The notes: generated from the letters alone by a model not told the origin. Shown: positions 44,909 through 54,871, numbered from the stretch's first letter. The stretch: 64,000 nucleotides of DNA from Candidatus Latescibacterota bacterium (GCA_963791045.1 CAWBQK010000006.1:192001-256000); one strand, 5' to 3'. Program-made: numbers and translations.

Positions 44909-45376
44909 TTACTTGTTCTGGTTTTTCATGTATGTTTTGAGTTTGGCCCGTTCCTGTGGCGTAAGTCCTTCGACGCCGCGTGCCCGCGGGATATTCTCAA
45001 TTGTCGAAAACGGTTCCGCTTTTTCCGGTGTCCACAGTTGTTTTTCGTGAGGCCTGGTCTTCCCCTGTGCGAGTTTATCACGATCGGCCTGTGTCAAGCC
45101 GATGTTGCGGCCGCTTTTCGTGCCTGGAGTTGCGATCGTCCCAATATTCGCGGGGTCCATCGGAACCGATTTCGTTGTTACGGGCAACAGGCGTTTTTCC
45201 TTCTCGAGGGCGGTCAAGACATAGGGCTTCATCTCGGGCTCGATGGTTGAAACCGCGGGAAGTTTCACCGAATTTGGATCCCCCGCGTAGCCCAAACCTA
45301 TCCATATGATCGCAGGAACGAGAAGGACCGCGGCGACGACCGTCGCAATCATCAACCGTTGTTTTTTATTCCGAAT
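44909..45376 (-). CDS. Small exported or membrane-anchored protein s2
   Basis: Shares VLLVPAIIWIGLGYAGD.NSVKLPAVSTI.PEMKPYVLTALEKEKRLLPVTT and FSTIENIPRA.G.EGLTPQERAKL with s1. The codon equivalent to the s1 start reads ATT. Confidence 0.78.
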   Translation of the reverse strand: MRNKKQRLMIATVVAAVLLVPAIIWIGLGYAGDPNSVKLPAVSTIEPEMKPYVLTALEKEKRLLPVTTKSVPMDPANIGTIATPGTKSGRNIGLTQADRDKLAQGKTRPHEKQLWTPEKAEPFSTIENIPRARGVEGLTPQERAKLKTYMKNQNK

Positions 45377-45424
45377 TTCAGATTCCCCTTGCGTCAGGAC
45401 TCAATCGTTTCTCATAAATTGAAT

Positions 45425-47836
45425 TTACTTCATCAAAACCAGTTTCCGGGTTTCGCGGAAACCCGGCGTTTCAATACTGTAGAAATACACTCCCGACGCG
45501 ACGCGGTTTCCGCGGGCATCGTCGCCGTGCCAGGTGGATGATTTCTCCCCGGGGGAGAGCGCTTCATTGACCAGCGTTTTACGAGTCGGCCGTTCACGTC
45601 GAAGATTCTCAATTGAACGTGAGCGCCGCCCGCGGGGACGTCATATCGAATGACGGTCGATGGATTGAACGGGTTCGGTGTGTTCTGATAGAGAGCGAAC
45701 TTGTCGGGCGCAGCGGGGTCGGGATCGACGCCCGTTCCCACACTTGTCGGAGATATACGGATTGTATAGTTGCCCCATTTTTCACGTTTGTTTGCGAACG
45801 CAACGATTCCGTACCAGTCGGTCACCGGCGGCGTATAGTCGAACGTGGTCTGGGCCGGAGTTTCCCATACGGCGCTTCCTCTACCCACCCAGTAGTCGCC
45901 GCTCCCCGGATTGTGGAAAAGCGCGACCCAGATGTCGTTGGTCCCACCTCTGGTGAGGCCAACCTGGTACGTTTCTCCCGCCTCGAGATAGACATCCCAG
46001 ATTTTGATATGGTCACATTCAGTGCCGAAATCTCCAAAAAAGCCCTCGACCACCGTGTCGTGCGGGAACATGTCTTCGGAGGGAGAATTGCCGCGGTCGG
46101 TGTCGATCGTAAAGGGTTCGTTTGTGTCTCCGTATGTGACTCGCGCGTGATACGCCCCCGGGGCGACATGATTGAAGTCTCCGATGACAAAATCGGCGCC
46201 TTCGATATACCCAGATGCGGCTAGTAGCGTTCCTTCACCATCACACTCAGTGAACACACGGATGTCCTTGTCGTCGCCGTCTCCGGGGGTGACGCCGACC
46301 ACCGCCCAGTACCCGTTCGCGTCAAATGAGAAATCATAGGGATGATTGTCGATCCAACTGCACGCCCCCGATGGTTCGAGATAGCAGTCGTTGTAGACCT
46401 CGATAGTGAGACCGTATGTGCCGGTGCCGCCGGTGATGTAGTTGCCCATGCCGTTCCCGAACACGACGAGGCCATAAACGTCGGATGCCGGAGCGGTGAA
46501 CACATGGCCGGCCGTCGGGTCGGTGAGTTCCCACAGGCTCTGATACCGATCCGTCCAGAATTCGCCGCTGCCGGAGTTTTGGAAGAGTGCCACATGGATG
46601 TCGGCGTCCCCCGTCTCCCCAAAGGTGACCCTGTACTGGGTTCCTGCGAAGAGCTCAAGATCGTAAACCTCGACAACGTTGCCCCCCTCGCCCAGAGTGT
46701 TTATTTCGCTTGCTATGCCGGGGGCGCCGATCGGAAGAATGCTGGGACTCTGTGTCCACTCGATGGTGAAATTCTCCGAGATTGTCCCCAGGTCGATTCT
46801 GGGGTGAACGGTATAGGGATCGGCGTGATTGAAATCTCCGACGATAATTTCGGTCCGTCCATAGTACCCCGACGCCCGCGTAGGACTGGGCAAGGAGCGA
46901 TCCGTTCTCGTCGCATTCAGTCCGAACCTTCAAGTTTTCTGGTCGGACGATTGAGGCGCGACCACTATCGCCATCCAGGAAGATGCCGTGGGAGCGACGG
47001 AGAAGTCCGTTAAGGGACCATCATTGACCGAATAGCGCGATCCTGTTCTGCACACGTCGGGGTCAAGGAATATGCAGTCGTCCAGTTTTTCGAATATGAC
47101 GCCCGCCGGATTGAGGATGGTTTCTACCTTGTCCGGAACCAGGGTTACGCCGTACCAGTCGGTGGCGGGCGGGGTGTAGATAAATGGAGCGGCAAAGCCG
47201 TCGATTTCCCACTCGCTGTCGTCGCGCCCGCCCCAGAAGTCCGAAGTGCCGGGATTTCGAAAAAGGGAGAGAAACAATTTTGGAAAGTACTCATCCATTC
47301 CACAGAATCACACGGTAATCGAAACCCGTTTCGAGATACGCATCCCAAACTCTGACGAGATCGCAGGTCGGTCCGTCGTCACCGGTGGTGGCGGGGTTGT
47401 AATTGCTGATCGCGAGGATGTGCCCGCCTCTGACCCAGTCGATATGGTAAGGGTCGGTTTCGGTGCCGTAATGAGTCGTCACGTAGTACGTGCCCAACGT
47501 GTTGTGGTTGAAATCTCCAATAATAAAGTCGGTGCCGTTGGTGCCATTTGATGAGGCGAGGGGCGTTCCCGACGCGCAGTTCGGGAAAAGCATGATGTCT
47601 TTGTCGTCGGCGGGGTCGGGCGTCACCGCGATGATCGTCCAGAATGGCACGGTCTGATTGAATGAGAAGTATCTGCCATTGCCGACTGTGTCGACGCAGA
47701 CTTCAGAGGTGAGCGGTCGGCACGGTTGTGCCTGGATTTCGGCCGTTGATAACACCAGAAGACAAAGTATACACACAGAGACGATGATCGCCCGGGCGAT
47801 TGCCCATTGTTCGATTCCGTTGGATCGATTTTCCAT
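45425..47836 (-). CDS. Secreted triple-module FlgD-tail protein, paralog D (frameshifted)
   Basis: MENRSNG...signal peptide...AQPCRPLTSEVC; three modules; FlgD tail FALYQNTPNPFNPST; stop TAA at 45425-45427. Confidence 0.8.
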
Positions 47837-48256
47837 CTTATCCCTTCCTGCTGTCACGCCGCGACCCGGGTTGGCTTGCCGCCACCCTGGATGAAGGGCA
47901 CAAAAATACGCGGTGCAAAATTGCAACCGCGCGGATTCGGTTCAAAAAAAACACTTGTAGTTGCCATGTGCCGACATGCCCGATCATACCTCCATATGAT
48001 CACTGGTTTGCAGATGATATCTGTCAATTATACCATAAGCGCCGGGCTATATCTGCTTATTTTTCAACGTTTGGCGGTGTTTTGACCGTTCGTTTGGTGA
48101 GGGTGGTTTTGCAGGTTTGTCGAGGATCGCTGGTCCCGCATGTGCCGCAGTTCACCAATTCAGGCACAAGCTATGCTTTAACGCGTGGTGGAAGGGCAGT
48201 TACCATATTTTGAGTCCTCCAGCCGGAAATCACGTGACAGCGGAGGGTTACGCGAT

Positions 48257-48703
48257 ATGGGTTCGAGCGTAATGAAATTATTTTCCACGCTGTGGTTCGC
48301 CGTATTCGTGATGATGCTCGTATTCGGTCTCGCATACGAGCTCCAGAAAATCTGGAGTTTCGGCTGGATGGTGTGCATCGTGGCGCTTCTCGGCGTCCTG
48401 CTCTTTCTCGTTGGGCTTAGAAATACCGCGTTGCACGAGGCGGTGCTCGTCCGGCGTGAAGAACGATTTTGTGGCAAACAAAAATCGAAACACGGGAAGA
48501 ACGAACCCATCTATGGCGATCCTGCCGACACACGCCGCAGTAGCGGCGATGACCGTCCGCTGCCGGAATCAATTCGGGGTCAGGTCGAAGCGTATGTCGC
48601 CATGCGCAGGGCGACGGATCCGGATCAGTTCGACCGTGAACTCGTCGTTTCTAGCAGCTTCAACGCCTTGATAAGACGCGAATTCAAGGCCGGTAAACTC
48701 TAG
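48257..48703 (+). CDS. Hypothetical membrane protein (2 transmembrane helices)
   Basis: ORF with GGAGG RBS and two hydrophobic helices. Confidence 0.6.
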   Translation: MGSSVMKLFSTLWFAVFVMMLVFGLAYELQKIWSFGWMVCIVALLGVLLFLVGLRNTALHEAVLVRREERFCGKQKSKHGKNEPIYGDPADTRRSSGDDRPLPESIRGQVEAYVAMRRATDPDQFDRELVVSSSFNALIRREFKAGKL

Positions 48704-48729
48704 CTGTTTTCGTCTGACCGTTAACCAGC

Positions 48730-48758
48730 TTGTTATTTCGCCCCGCCGGTGCTACAAT
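48730..48758 (+). promoter_or_regulatory. Putative sigma70 promoter
   Basis: TTGTTA-N17-TACAAT with an extended -10 TG, upstream of the gene at 48899. Confidence 0.5.
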
Positions 48759-48898
48759 TATTAGGTAAATACTCGCATCGCAGTGGCAGGGCGGCTGTTT
48801 TGGAACGCGCGTCCTGCGCGTCCGGAATCCCACCTTAAGACCACCTCGCTTCCGCGCCTGCCCTGTTCGAGCTGCTAACCAACAAGGAGGGGAGCAGC

Positions 48899-49510
48899 AT
48901 GAAATATGTGTTACCCGTTGTAGTATTGTGCATGATTGCGCTCGCGCAGATCCCGACCGCCCAGGAAAACGACGACGGGTTTTCATGGGCCGATCTTCGC
49001 GCGGACACGATCACCTTTGGTTTTCCCGCACCGGATTCGATCGAGGTCAACTGCAAGTTCTCGATTTTCAACAACACCCTTTTTGACACGATCATCGTGT
49101 CGGAGGTGGGGCTTTTCCTCGATGGCGTTGCCATGGGAGGCGAGCCCATCGATGTGACGAAATCGATGAACAACTGTCACGTGTTTAAGACCGAAATCGA
49201 ATGCAAGGGTGAGTGTTACTACACGACCGTTCCGCCGATCGAGTTTGGCGAGTGCAAGTGGTACAGTCAGCCCCCCAATCCGGGCCCGCCGGATTCGATA
49301 GTGGTGCGGCCGTGGTGTGCGTGTATGAAGGATGGAGAAATCAGCTGGACCGTCCACTACACAGGCCAGGATATTGTCACGTTTCAGTTGGACCCGGCCA
49401 ATGTCGTCTGGGAGCCCGACGAAACCGACAATTCTTTCTCGGTTCACATTAGGCCGGTCGCGGTCAAGGAACACACGTGGGGAAAGATCAAATCGTTGTA
49501 CGTGGAATAG
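48899..49510 (+). CDS. Cys-rich secreted protein with a C-terminal 'TWGKIKSLY' motif
   Basis: Signal peptide, AAGGAGG RBS, ends PVAVKEHTWGKIKSLYVE. Confidence 0.8.
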   Translation: MKYVLPVVVLCMIALAQIPTAQENDDGFSWADLRADTITFGFPAPDSIEVNCKFSIFNNTLFDTIIVSEVGLFLDGVAMGGEPIDVTKSMNNCHVFKTEIECKGECYYTTVPPIEFGECKWYSQPPNPGPPDSIVVRPWCACMKDGEISWTVHYTGQDIVTFQLDPANVVWEPDETDNSFSVHIRPVAVKEHTWGKIKSLYVE

Positions 49511-49744
49511 TGCGGCAGTAATGCCGGAATAGCAGGCTCCGATCACGCCCACTTGTCATTATGGCAAGGGGAATTGTCCGCATTGGTATGCGGCATTCGG
49601 GCTCCTCTCCCAACCCGCCATTGGTTCATTTCATCCAATCCGCATAGCAATGGGTACATCCCGTGCTTCATTACACTCCCTGGTGTCGTACTGCTTTCAA
49701 AAGGGGAAGCGTCGCTTCCCCTCGTTTCCCAGGGGGTAGACATA

Positions 49745-50311
49745 ATGGTTTTTCGAGTCGCAGGTTCGTTTTTGCGAAAGGCGATTTGCCATATCCAAAC
49801 GGATTATCGGTACCGCTACTATCCATTGTACTCTGCGGGTCTCGCCGGTCTTTTTTATGTGTGGGTCCTGTGGCCGTGGGACGATTGCGTCTTCGAGGCG
49901 CGATGGCTTCACCCATGGATACGGACGTTCGAAGATTACGCCGTCTATGCGGTTTGTCTTATGGCTGTCTGTTGCGGTGTTGTCGGGTTATTCCGCCGTG
50001 GGTTACCGGCAAAAGTGTTATCGTTTGCGGGACTCTATGTAATGAACTGGTTTTGGGAGCCGTTCGGGTTTGTTGGTCATTTGACGAGCGACTTTTTATG
50101 GTACACGTTCGATCTTCCGGAAAAACATATATCTGGATTCGCCGGGCTTGAGACGGGTGGCGCCACACTTCTCTGGTGTGGCTATCTGCTTATTGTGTAT
50201 TTGTTGATTCGGCCGGTGTTGAAACGATCTTTCAAAGGTTTCAGGTCGATCGCACGGCGGGCAGTCGATCTCTATCCGCCGCTGGCTCGGCTGGACAAAC
50301 CGGTTCTTTAA
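49745..50311 (+). CDS. Hypothetical membrane protein (~4 transmembrane helices)
   Basis: Hydrophobic helices; G-rich RBS upstream of ATG 49745. Confidence 0.6.
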   Translation: MVFRVAGSFLRKAICHIQTDYRYRYYPLYSAGLAGLFYVWVLWPWDDCVFEARWLHPWIRTFEDYAVYAVCLMAVCCGVVGLFRRGLPAKVLSFAGLYVMNWFWEPFGFVGHLTSDFLWYTFDLPEKHISGFAGLETGGATLLWCGYLLIVYLLIRPVLKRSFKGFRSIARRAVDLYPPLARLDKPVL

Positions 50312-50513
50312 AAGTTCACGAGATCCAAGGACTTCCCGATCCGCCGGATTTCGTTTGCCCGGGGTGGAAAGCCGCCCCGGGCAGAGGTTCTTGCTCCAAT
50401 AAATCCGCTTCAATGCGTCTTTTCGCACGCGATCTACTCCAAACATAGATATACAGGTTGAAACGCGCCCCTCCGCGCCCGTAACATAATGCGGCTCGGC
50501 CAGCACCCGGCGA

Positions 50514-52283
50514 GTGGCGAACGCACATGACCCAGCACGAGGAGTATTGAGAGCTGTGATCAACGACATCATCGAAGCGGTCAAAGTCGAACAAGAACGA
50601 ATCGAAGAGCCCCGTAACCGGAGCCGTTATTTTATTTTCGGGAAACTCGGCGAGCAGGCGACCGAGGATTATCTCGTGTTTGTTTTTCAGAACGCGCCCG
50701 AGCGGGTCATCCGCGACGCGCGCTATCACGGCGCCCGCCAACAGGAAAGTCTCTTCAAAGTCGGTGACGTATTTATCTCCGGGTACATGACGCTTTCATC
50801 ACCCGGGCTGGCCGTTGCTTTCACATTTGATGAAATCGCATTCCACAACATTGAACCCGAGTGGCTCCAGGCGGCGACGGCGCGGGGAATCGAGTACGTC
50901 ATGGACAACCGCGATCTCAATATGTACATCCATGATTTTCTCGACGGAAACAGGATGACGGACAATCCGTTTCTCGAAGAGATCCTCGTTGCCCGTGACG
51001 TGATGACGCAAGCGCCGCTTGCACACGCCGGACACTTCGACGACTTGAACCCATCGCAGAACCAGGCGATCGAAAAGATTCTTTCGCAACGAGTGACCTT
51101 TGTGTGGGGGCCGCCGGGGACGGGGAAGACCAAGACGCTTGCGGCGATGGCCGCGACTCTTGTGAACGCGAAGAAGCGGGTTTTGCTTTCGGCGCTGTCC
51201 AATATGGCGCTCGATCAATTGCTCGCTGCCACGGTCGAACGGCTCGACTCTTCGGTCAAGAAAGTGCCCATCGCGCGCACGGGGAGCCGGATGGATCGCG
51301 AGATGGAAGTTTTTGGGCGCCGGGCGTTCCAGGCGAATGGGTTCAGGGGGAAACGCGCCGGGGCCAAGTGGGCCGAGCACGTCGAGAACTCGCGGCTCGT
51401 GGCGGCGAACTTCACCATGCTCTCGTTTCCGGGCGCCGTGTTTCCTGGTGTGTTTGATTATGTTATCGCCGACGAGGTGTCGATGGCAAACATTCCCAAC
51501 CTCGCCGCGGCGACATTTTATGCGACGGGGGGAATTGCTTTTGGTGGAGATCCCTATCAGCTTCCGCCGATTTATCCCGAGGACTCCGAAACTCCCAACG
51601 AGTGGTTCCGGCAGAGCGTTTTTGAGAAAGCAGGTATCATCGACCGGCATGATCCGAGGGTCGCTTTTCTCGATACTCAGTATCGTATGCAGACGGAGAT
51701 CGGTGATCTCGTGAGCGATTTGTTTTATGGTGGGGAGCTTTTGACCGGTACGGCGCCGCTCCCGGTTTTGCCCGCTTATGACGCGCGCGTCGTGTTTATC
51801 CAGAGCTCCGGGCGGGTTCAGTATTCCGAGGCGTTCCCCGACGAGCTCGGTGACGAACGGCGATTCAACGAACCGCATGCCGATGCCGTTGTGGATGCGG
51901 TCAAGGCGCTCGTCGACTGTGGCGTGTCGGGGAGTGAGATCGGCGTTATTACGCCGTATAACGCGCAGGTCGTCGTGATTACGCAGAAGCTTAAAGTGGC
52001 GTTTGCGAAAAAGCAGCGCGCCCTTCGGGACTTAAAGGTTTCCACCGTGCATTCGTTCCAGGGGCAGGAGCGGCGTGTGATTGTTGTTGATTTCACCGAT
52101 GATAATGTGCCGCCGACACACCTCACGGCCAAGTGGGAGCTTATTAATGTCGCGTTGTCGCGGGCGAAAGAGCAACTTGTTATTGTGGGGAACCGGTACT
52201 ATCTGACCAACGATGAATTCTTCAGTTCGGACGAAGTCTCGGTTTTTGGGCGGATGCTCGAGCATGCCGTGATAGTCGACTAA
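50514..52283 (+). CDS. Superfamily 1 helicase, Upf1/DNA2/NAM7-like (AAA_11/AAA_12)
   Basis: Q motif LNPSQNQAI, Walker A WGPPGTGKT, SNMALDQL, IADEVSM, GDPYQLPP, LDTQYRM, IGVITPYNAQV, STVHSFQGQE, NVALSRAK. Confidence 0.92.
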   Translation: MANAHDPARGVLRAVINDIIEAVKVEQERIEEPRNRSRYFIFGKLGEQATEDYLVFVFQNAPERVIRDARYHGARQQESLFKVGDVFISGYMTLSSPGLAVAFTFDEIAFHNIEPEWLQAATARGIEYVMDNRDLNMYIHDFLDGNRMTDNPFLEEILVARDVMTQAPLAHAGHFDDLNPSQNQAIEKILSQRVTFVWGPPGTGKTKTLAAMAATLVNAKKRVLLSALSNMALDQLLAATVERLDSSVKKVPIARTGSRMDREMEVFGRRAFQANGFRGKRAGAKWAEHVENSRLVAANFTMLSFPGAVFPGVFDYVIADEVSMANIPNLAAATFYATGGIAFGGDPYQLPPIYPEDSETPNEWFRQSVFEKAGIIDRHDPRVAFLDTQYRMQTEIGDLVSDLFYGGELLTGTAPLPVLPAYDARVVFIQSSGRVQYSEAFPDELGDERRFNEPHADAVVDAVKALVDCGVSGSEIGVITPYNAQVVVITQKLKVAFAKKQRALRDLKVSTVHSFQGQERRVIVVDFTDDNVPPTHLTAKWELINVALSRAKEQLVIVGNRYYLTNDEFFSSDEVSVFGRMLEHAVIVD

Positions 52284-52314
52284 CCTGTATTTGCGCACGA
52301 GGGATGGAGTAGTA

Positions 52315-52665
52315 GTGGGAACGAACGATCTGAACGCTTATGAAATATTGGTCGCGCGGGCCTTCCGTCTTCTTCGAGAGTGGAGCCGTGCGCATCCATT
52401 CGAGACCGATCCGACCGACGCCATCGAAACGATTGCCGCGTCATGCGTGCCCGTCGAACCGTTGGAGATAAAAGCGGCGGCCGTTTGCGTGGGAATCGAC
52501 ACCATTGCCTCGGACGCGGAAATCCCCAAGAAAAACGGGGGAGAGGGGTGGGAAGCCCTTCGAATCCCGCTCTCCGAGTTGATTGAAGAAGAGCTCTGGT
52601 TGGAATGGGATGCCGTTGTGGGGGAGCAGGAGCTCATGAATGATTTCGAGGATGATTTGGATTGA
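52315..52665 (+). CDS. 116-aa acidic protein resembling the T7 Ocr (gp0.3) DNA mimic
   Basis: GGAG RBS 5 nt before GTG; 27 D/E versus 8 K/R by hand count; colinear motifs match my recollection of T7 Ocr (DAI..A...VP, GID, E.+..+LW, acidic tail). The ORF is well supported; the homology is by eye only. Confidence 0.6.
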   Translation: MGTNDLNAYEILVARAFRLLREWSRAHPFETDPTDAIETIAASCVPVEPLEIKAAAVCVGIDTIASDAEIPKKNGGEGWEALRIPLSELIEEELWLEWDAVVGEQELMNDFEDDLD

Positions 52666-52726
52666 GGAAATCCTGCGTGGCTGTTGTCGAAAAAGATTCA
52701 ATCATATGTGTGGAGGACCATGATTG

Positions 52727-54838
52727 ATGGCAAATCAAAACATTGATTCTCCTCCTCCGGTACAGAAATCAATCGAGCTCCATGCCGGATTGAGTGTTGT
52801 GGCCGCGGCTGTCCTATTTCTTCTTCTTGTTTCTCCATACCCAAACGGCATATTCGAGTCGCAGACCAGATTGCTTGCCACATTGTGCATTCTTGGTTTC
52901 AGTTCGATCTGTTGGCTTTTCTGGGGCGATCGTTTGACGAGGTTACCGCGCGAAGATAGTTTTGTCCTACTAGTGATGGCGATCTCGTACGGATTGCCGG
53001 TGTTGTTTTCTTTCAATCCCCACGAAGCCATTAAAGGTTTTTTGTGGGTTGAGGCATCGCTTGTAGTTTACTTGCTCGCAGCGACGGCCGGACGGAAGCC
53101 ATGGTTTCGCTCCGCCGTGGTCTCCACTTGGGTTGCCAGCAGCGGTGTTGTCTCCCTCCTCGGCCTATTGGTCGGTGGTGGAGTGCTTCATTTCGACGAA
53201 TATGTGGTACACCATGCCCTGACTTCAAGCTTTGGATACGCCAACGTATTCGCGATCTACATACTGAGCGCATCGGTGTTGGCTTTCGGCGAATGGGAAG
53301 CACGGCCCCGGAAGTCTTCACATTTGTATTCAATAGTATTGTATCTAAACATGGTGTGTTTGATTGCCACAGACTCACGGTTGGCTTGGTTGCTGCTTCC
53401 TGTTGTGATACTCGGTTACGTTATTTCTGCGCGAAAAACTGGCATTACATCAAAGCTCGGTCCTCTGGCGGTCATGGGTGTTGGCCTCTTTGTTGGATTT
53501 CAGATTGGGCCCCGGATAGGGTGTACATTTCCTCTTGCTGACTTTTGGACTCCGGTGATCCTTGGACTGCTTCTGGCATTATCTGTTGGGCCTTTGTTGG
53601 CTGTCTCGACACTCATACTTCGTCGTTTCTCCGGTAATGCGAAAAAATGGCTTGTTCTCGGAGCTGTCGTTTTGTCGATAGTCATGGGTGTCGGATTTGC
53701 GCCCAGGTTGATGCCGGCCGGAGTTGGGCGGCAGATTCGAACACTTGCTCCAAACAAGTCGGCCGACCAGCGCCGCCTGTACGTGTTGAATGACGCAGGC
53801 AAAATGTTTCTGCACTCTCCCTTCGGGCGGGGGGGTGGTGCGTGGCTTTGTCAGTATCGGCAATTTAGTTCGTACGGTTACATCATGAATGACCCTCACA
53901 GCGGGATCGTTTTACTTGCTATTGAGGGGGGTGTTCTTGCCTTAGCTTCCTATCTGGCCCTCTGGTTTTTGTTTCTGAGACGCTCGACCAGGGCTTTGAG
54001 GCAGAGCGGTGGGTCTGAGCGGACCCAGTTGGCGGCGATGATTTGGGCTCTGCTGGCCCTGGGGCTTCATAGTGCACTGGACGTGGACCTCTCTTTTGGC
54101 GCTTTGCTGTTCCCGCTGATGGCTTTCTTTGGGGCCACTGCCGGCAAGACCGCTCCGATTGATCTATCCGCGAATAGAAAGACCCGCACCGTTTTGTGGA
54201 TTCTCACATTTGTGATGCTGTTCTCCACTCTGGCCGCCGGCAGCCTTGCGGTCGGACAGAGATTCTCCAATGAGGCGCGAAGCGCCGTTCGCAATGACCA
54301 GTACGAAACGGCCCGCGACATTTTGAGTGCTGCTGTCCGATTCGCGCCGATTGATCCACAGATACTGGATGGCCTCGGTCGTCTTGAGTCAAGAATTGGT
54401 TGGGAAACCGAAAACCCCGAGTTGGTTCGAAGGGGTTTGAATCGTTTGGAGAGAGCCTCGGTTCTGGCTCCCTCAAACCATGGTATTCGGGTTCGATACA
54501 TAGAGGCGTTGATGGCGGTCCACTCTGAAGAGAACGTTGATGAGTTGATTGAGTCTATTGTTGGCCGTCGGCCATGGGACATCAAAGCATACGAGGATGT
54601 GGCGAGACTTCGATTGATGTCGGCGCGTTCTTTTTGGGCCCAGGAGAGGTATGCCATGGCTAACATAGAGGCTCGGAAGGTCCTCGGTTTGTTCGACAAG
54701 ATTGCATTCGTGAGGGCCAACGCACCAAAAGGCATCCCGGGCGACGAAAATCTTCCTCCTTCATCAGAAACCCTCGATGATTGCCGAAGGCAAGCGCGGA
54801 CTATCCTCGATGGAATATCCCCATTTACCGGCGACTAG
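52727..54838 (+). CDS. O-antigen ligase-like (Wzy_C) membrane protein with C-terminal TPRs
   Basis: Many transmembrane segments; SSFGYANVFAIY, TDSRLAW, GRGGGAW, DPHSGIVLLAIEGG, LHSALDVDLSF; helical C-terminus. Confidence 0.8.
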   Translation: MANQNIDSPPPVQKSIELHAGLSVVAAAVLFLLLVSPYPNGIFESQTRLLATLCILGFSSICWLFWGDRLTRLPREDSFVLLVMAISYGLPVLFSFNPHEAIKGFLWVEASLVVYLLAATAGRKPWFRSAVVSTWVASSGVVSLLGLLVGGGVLHFDEYVVHHALTSSFGYANVFAIYILSASVLAFGEWEARPRKSSHLYSIVLYLNMVCLIATDSRLAWLLLPVVILGYVISARKTGITSKLGPLAVMGVGLFVGFQIGPRIGCTFPLADFWTPVILGLLLALSVGPLLAVSTLILRRFSGNAKKWLVLGAVVLSIVMGVGFAPRLMPAGVGRQIRTLAPNKSADQRRLYVLNDAGKMFLHSPFGRGGGAWLCQYRQFSSYGYIMNDPHSGIVLLAIEGGVLALASYLALWFLFLRRSTRALRQSGGSERTQLAAMIWALLALGLHSALDVDLSFGALLFPLMAFFGATAGKTAPIDLSANRKTRTVLWILTFVMLFSTLAAGSLAVGQRFSNEARSAVRNDQYETARDILSAAVRFAPIDPQILDGLGRLESRIGWETENPELVRRGLNRLERASVLAPSNHGIRVRYIEALMAVHSEENVDELIESIVGRRPWDIKAYEDVARLRLMSARSFWAQERYAMANIEARKVLGLFDKIAFVRANAPKGIPGDENLPPSSETLDDCRRQARTILDGISPFTGD

Positions 54839-54871
54839 GATTCGTATCAAAAACGAAAGTTAGGCCGCCCG

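Noticed and set aside
37140-47836. FG-GAP/VCBS repeats suggested by 'VGDFNH'
   Set aside because: The motif lacks the following DGxxD and recurs every ~220 aa rather than every ~55-60 aa.
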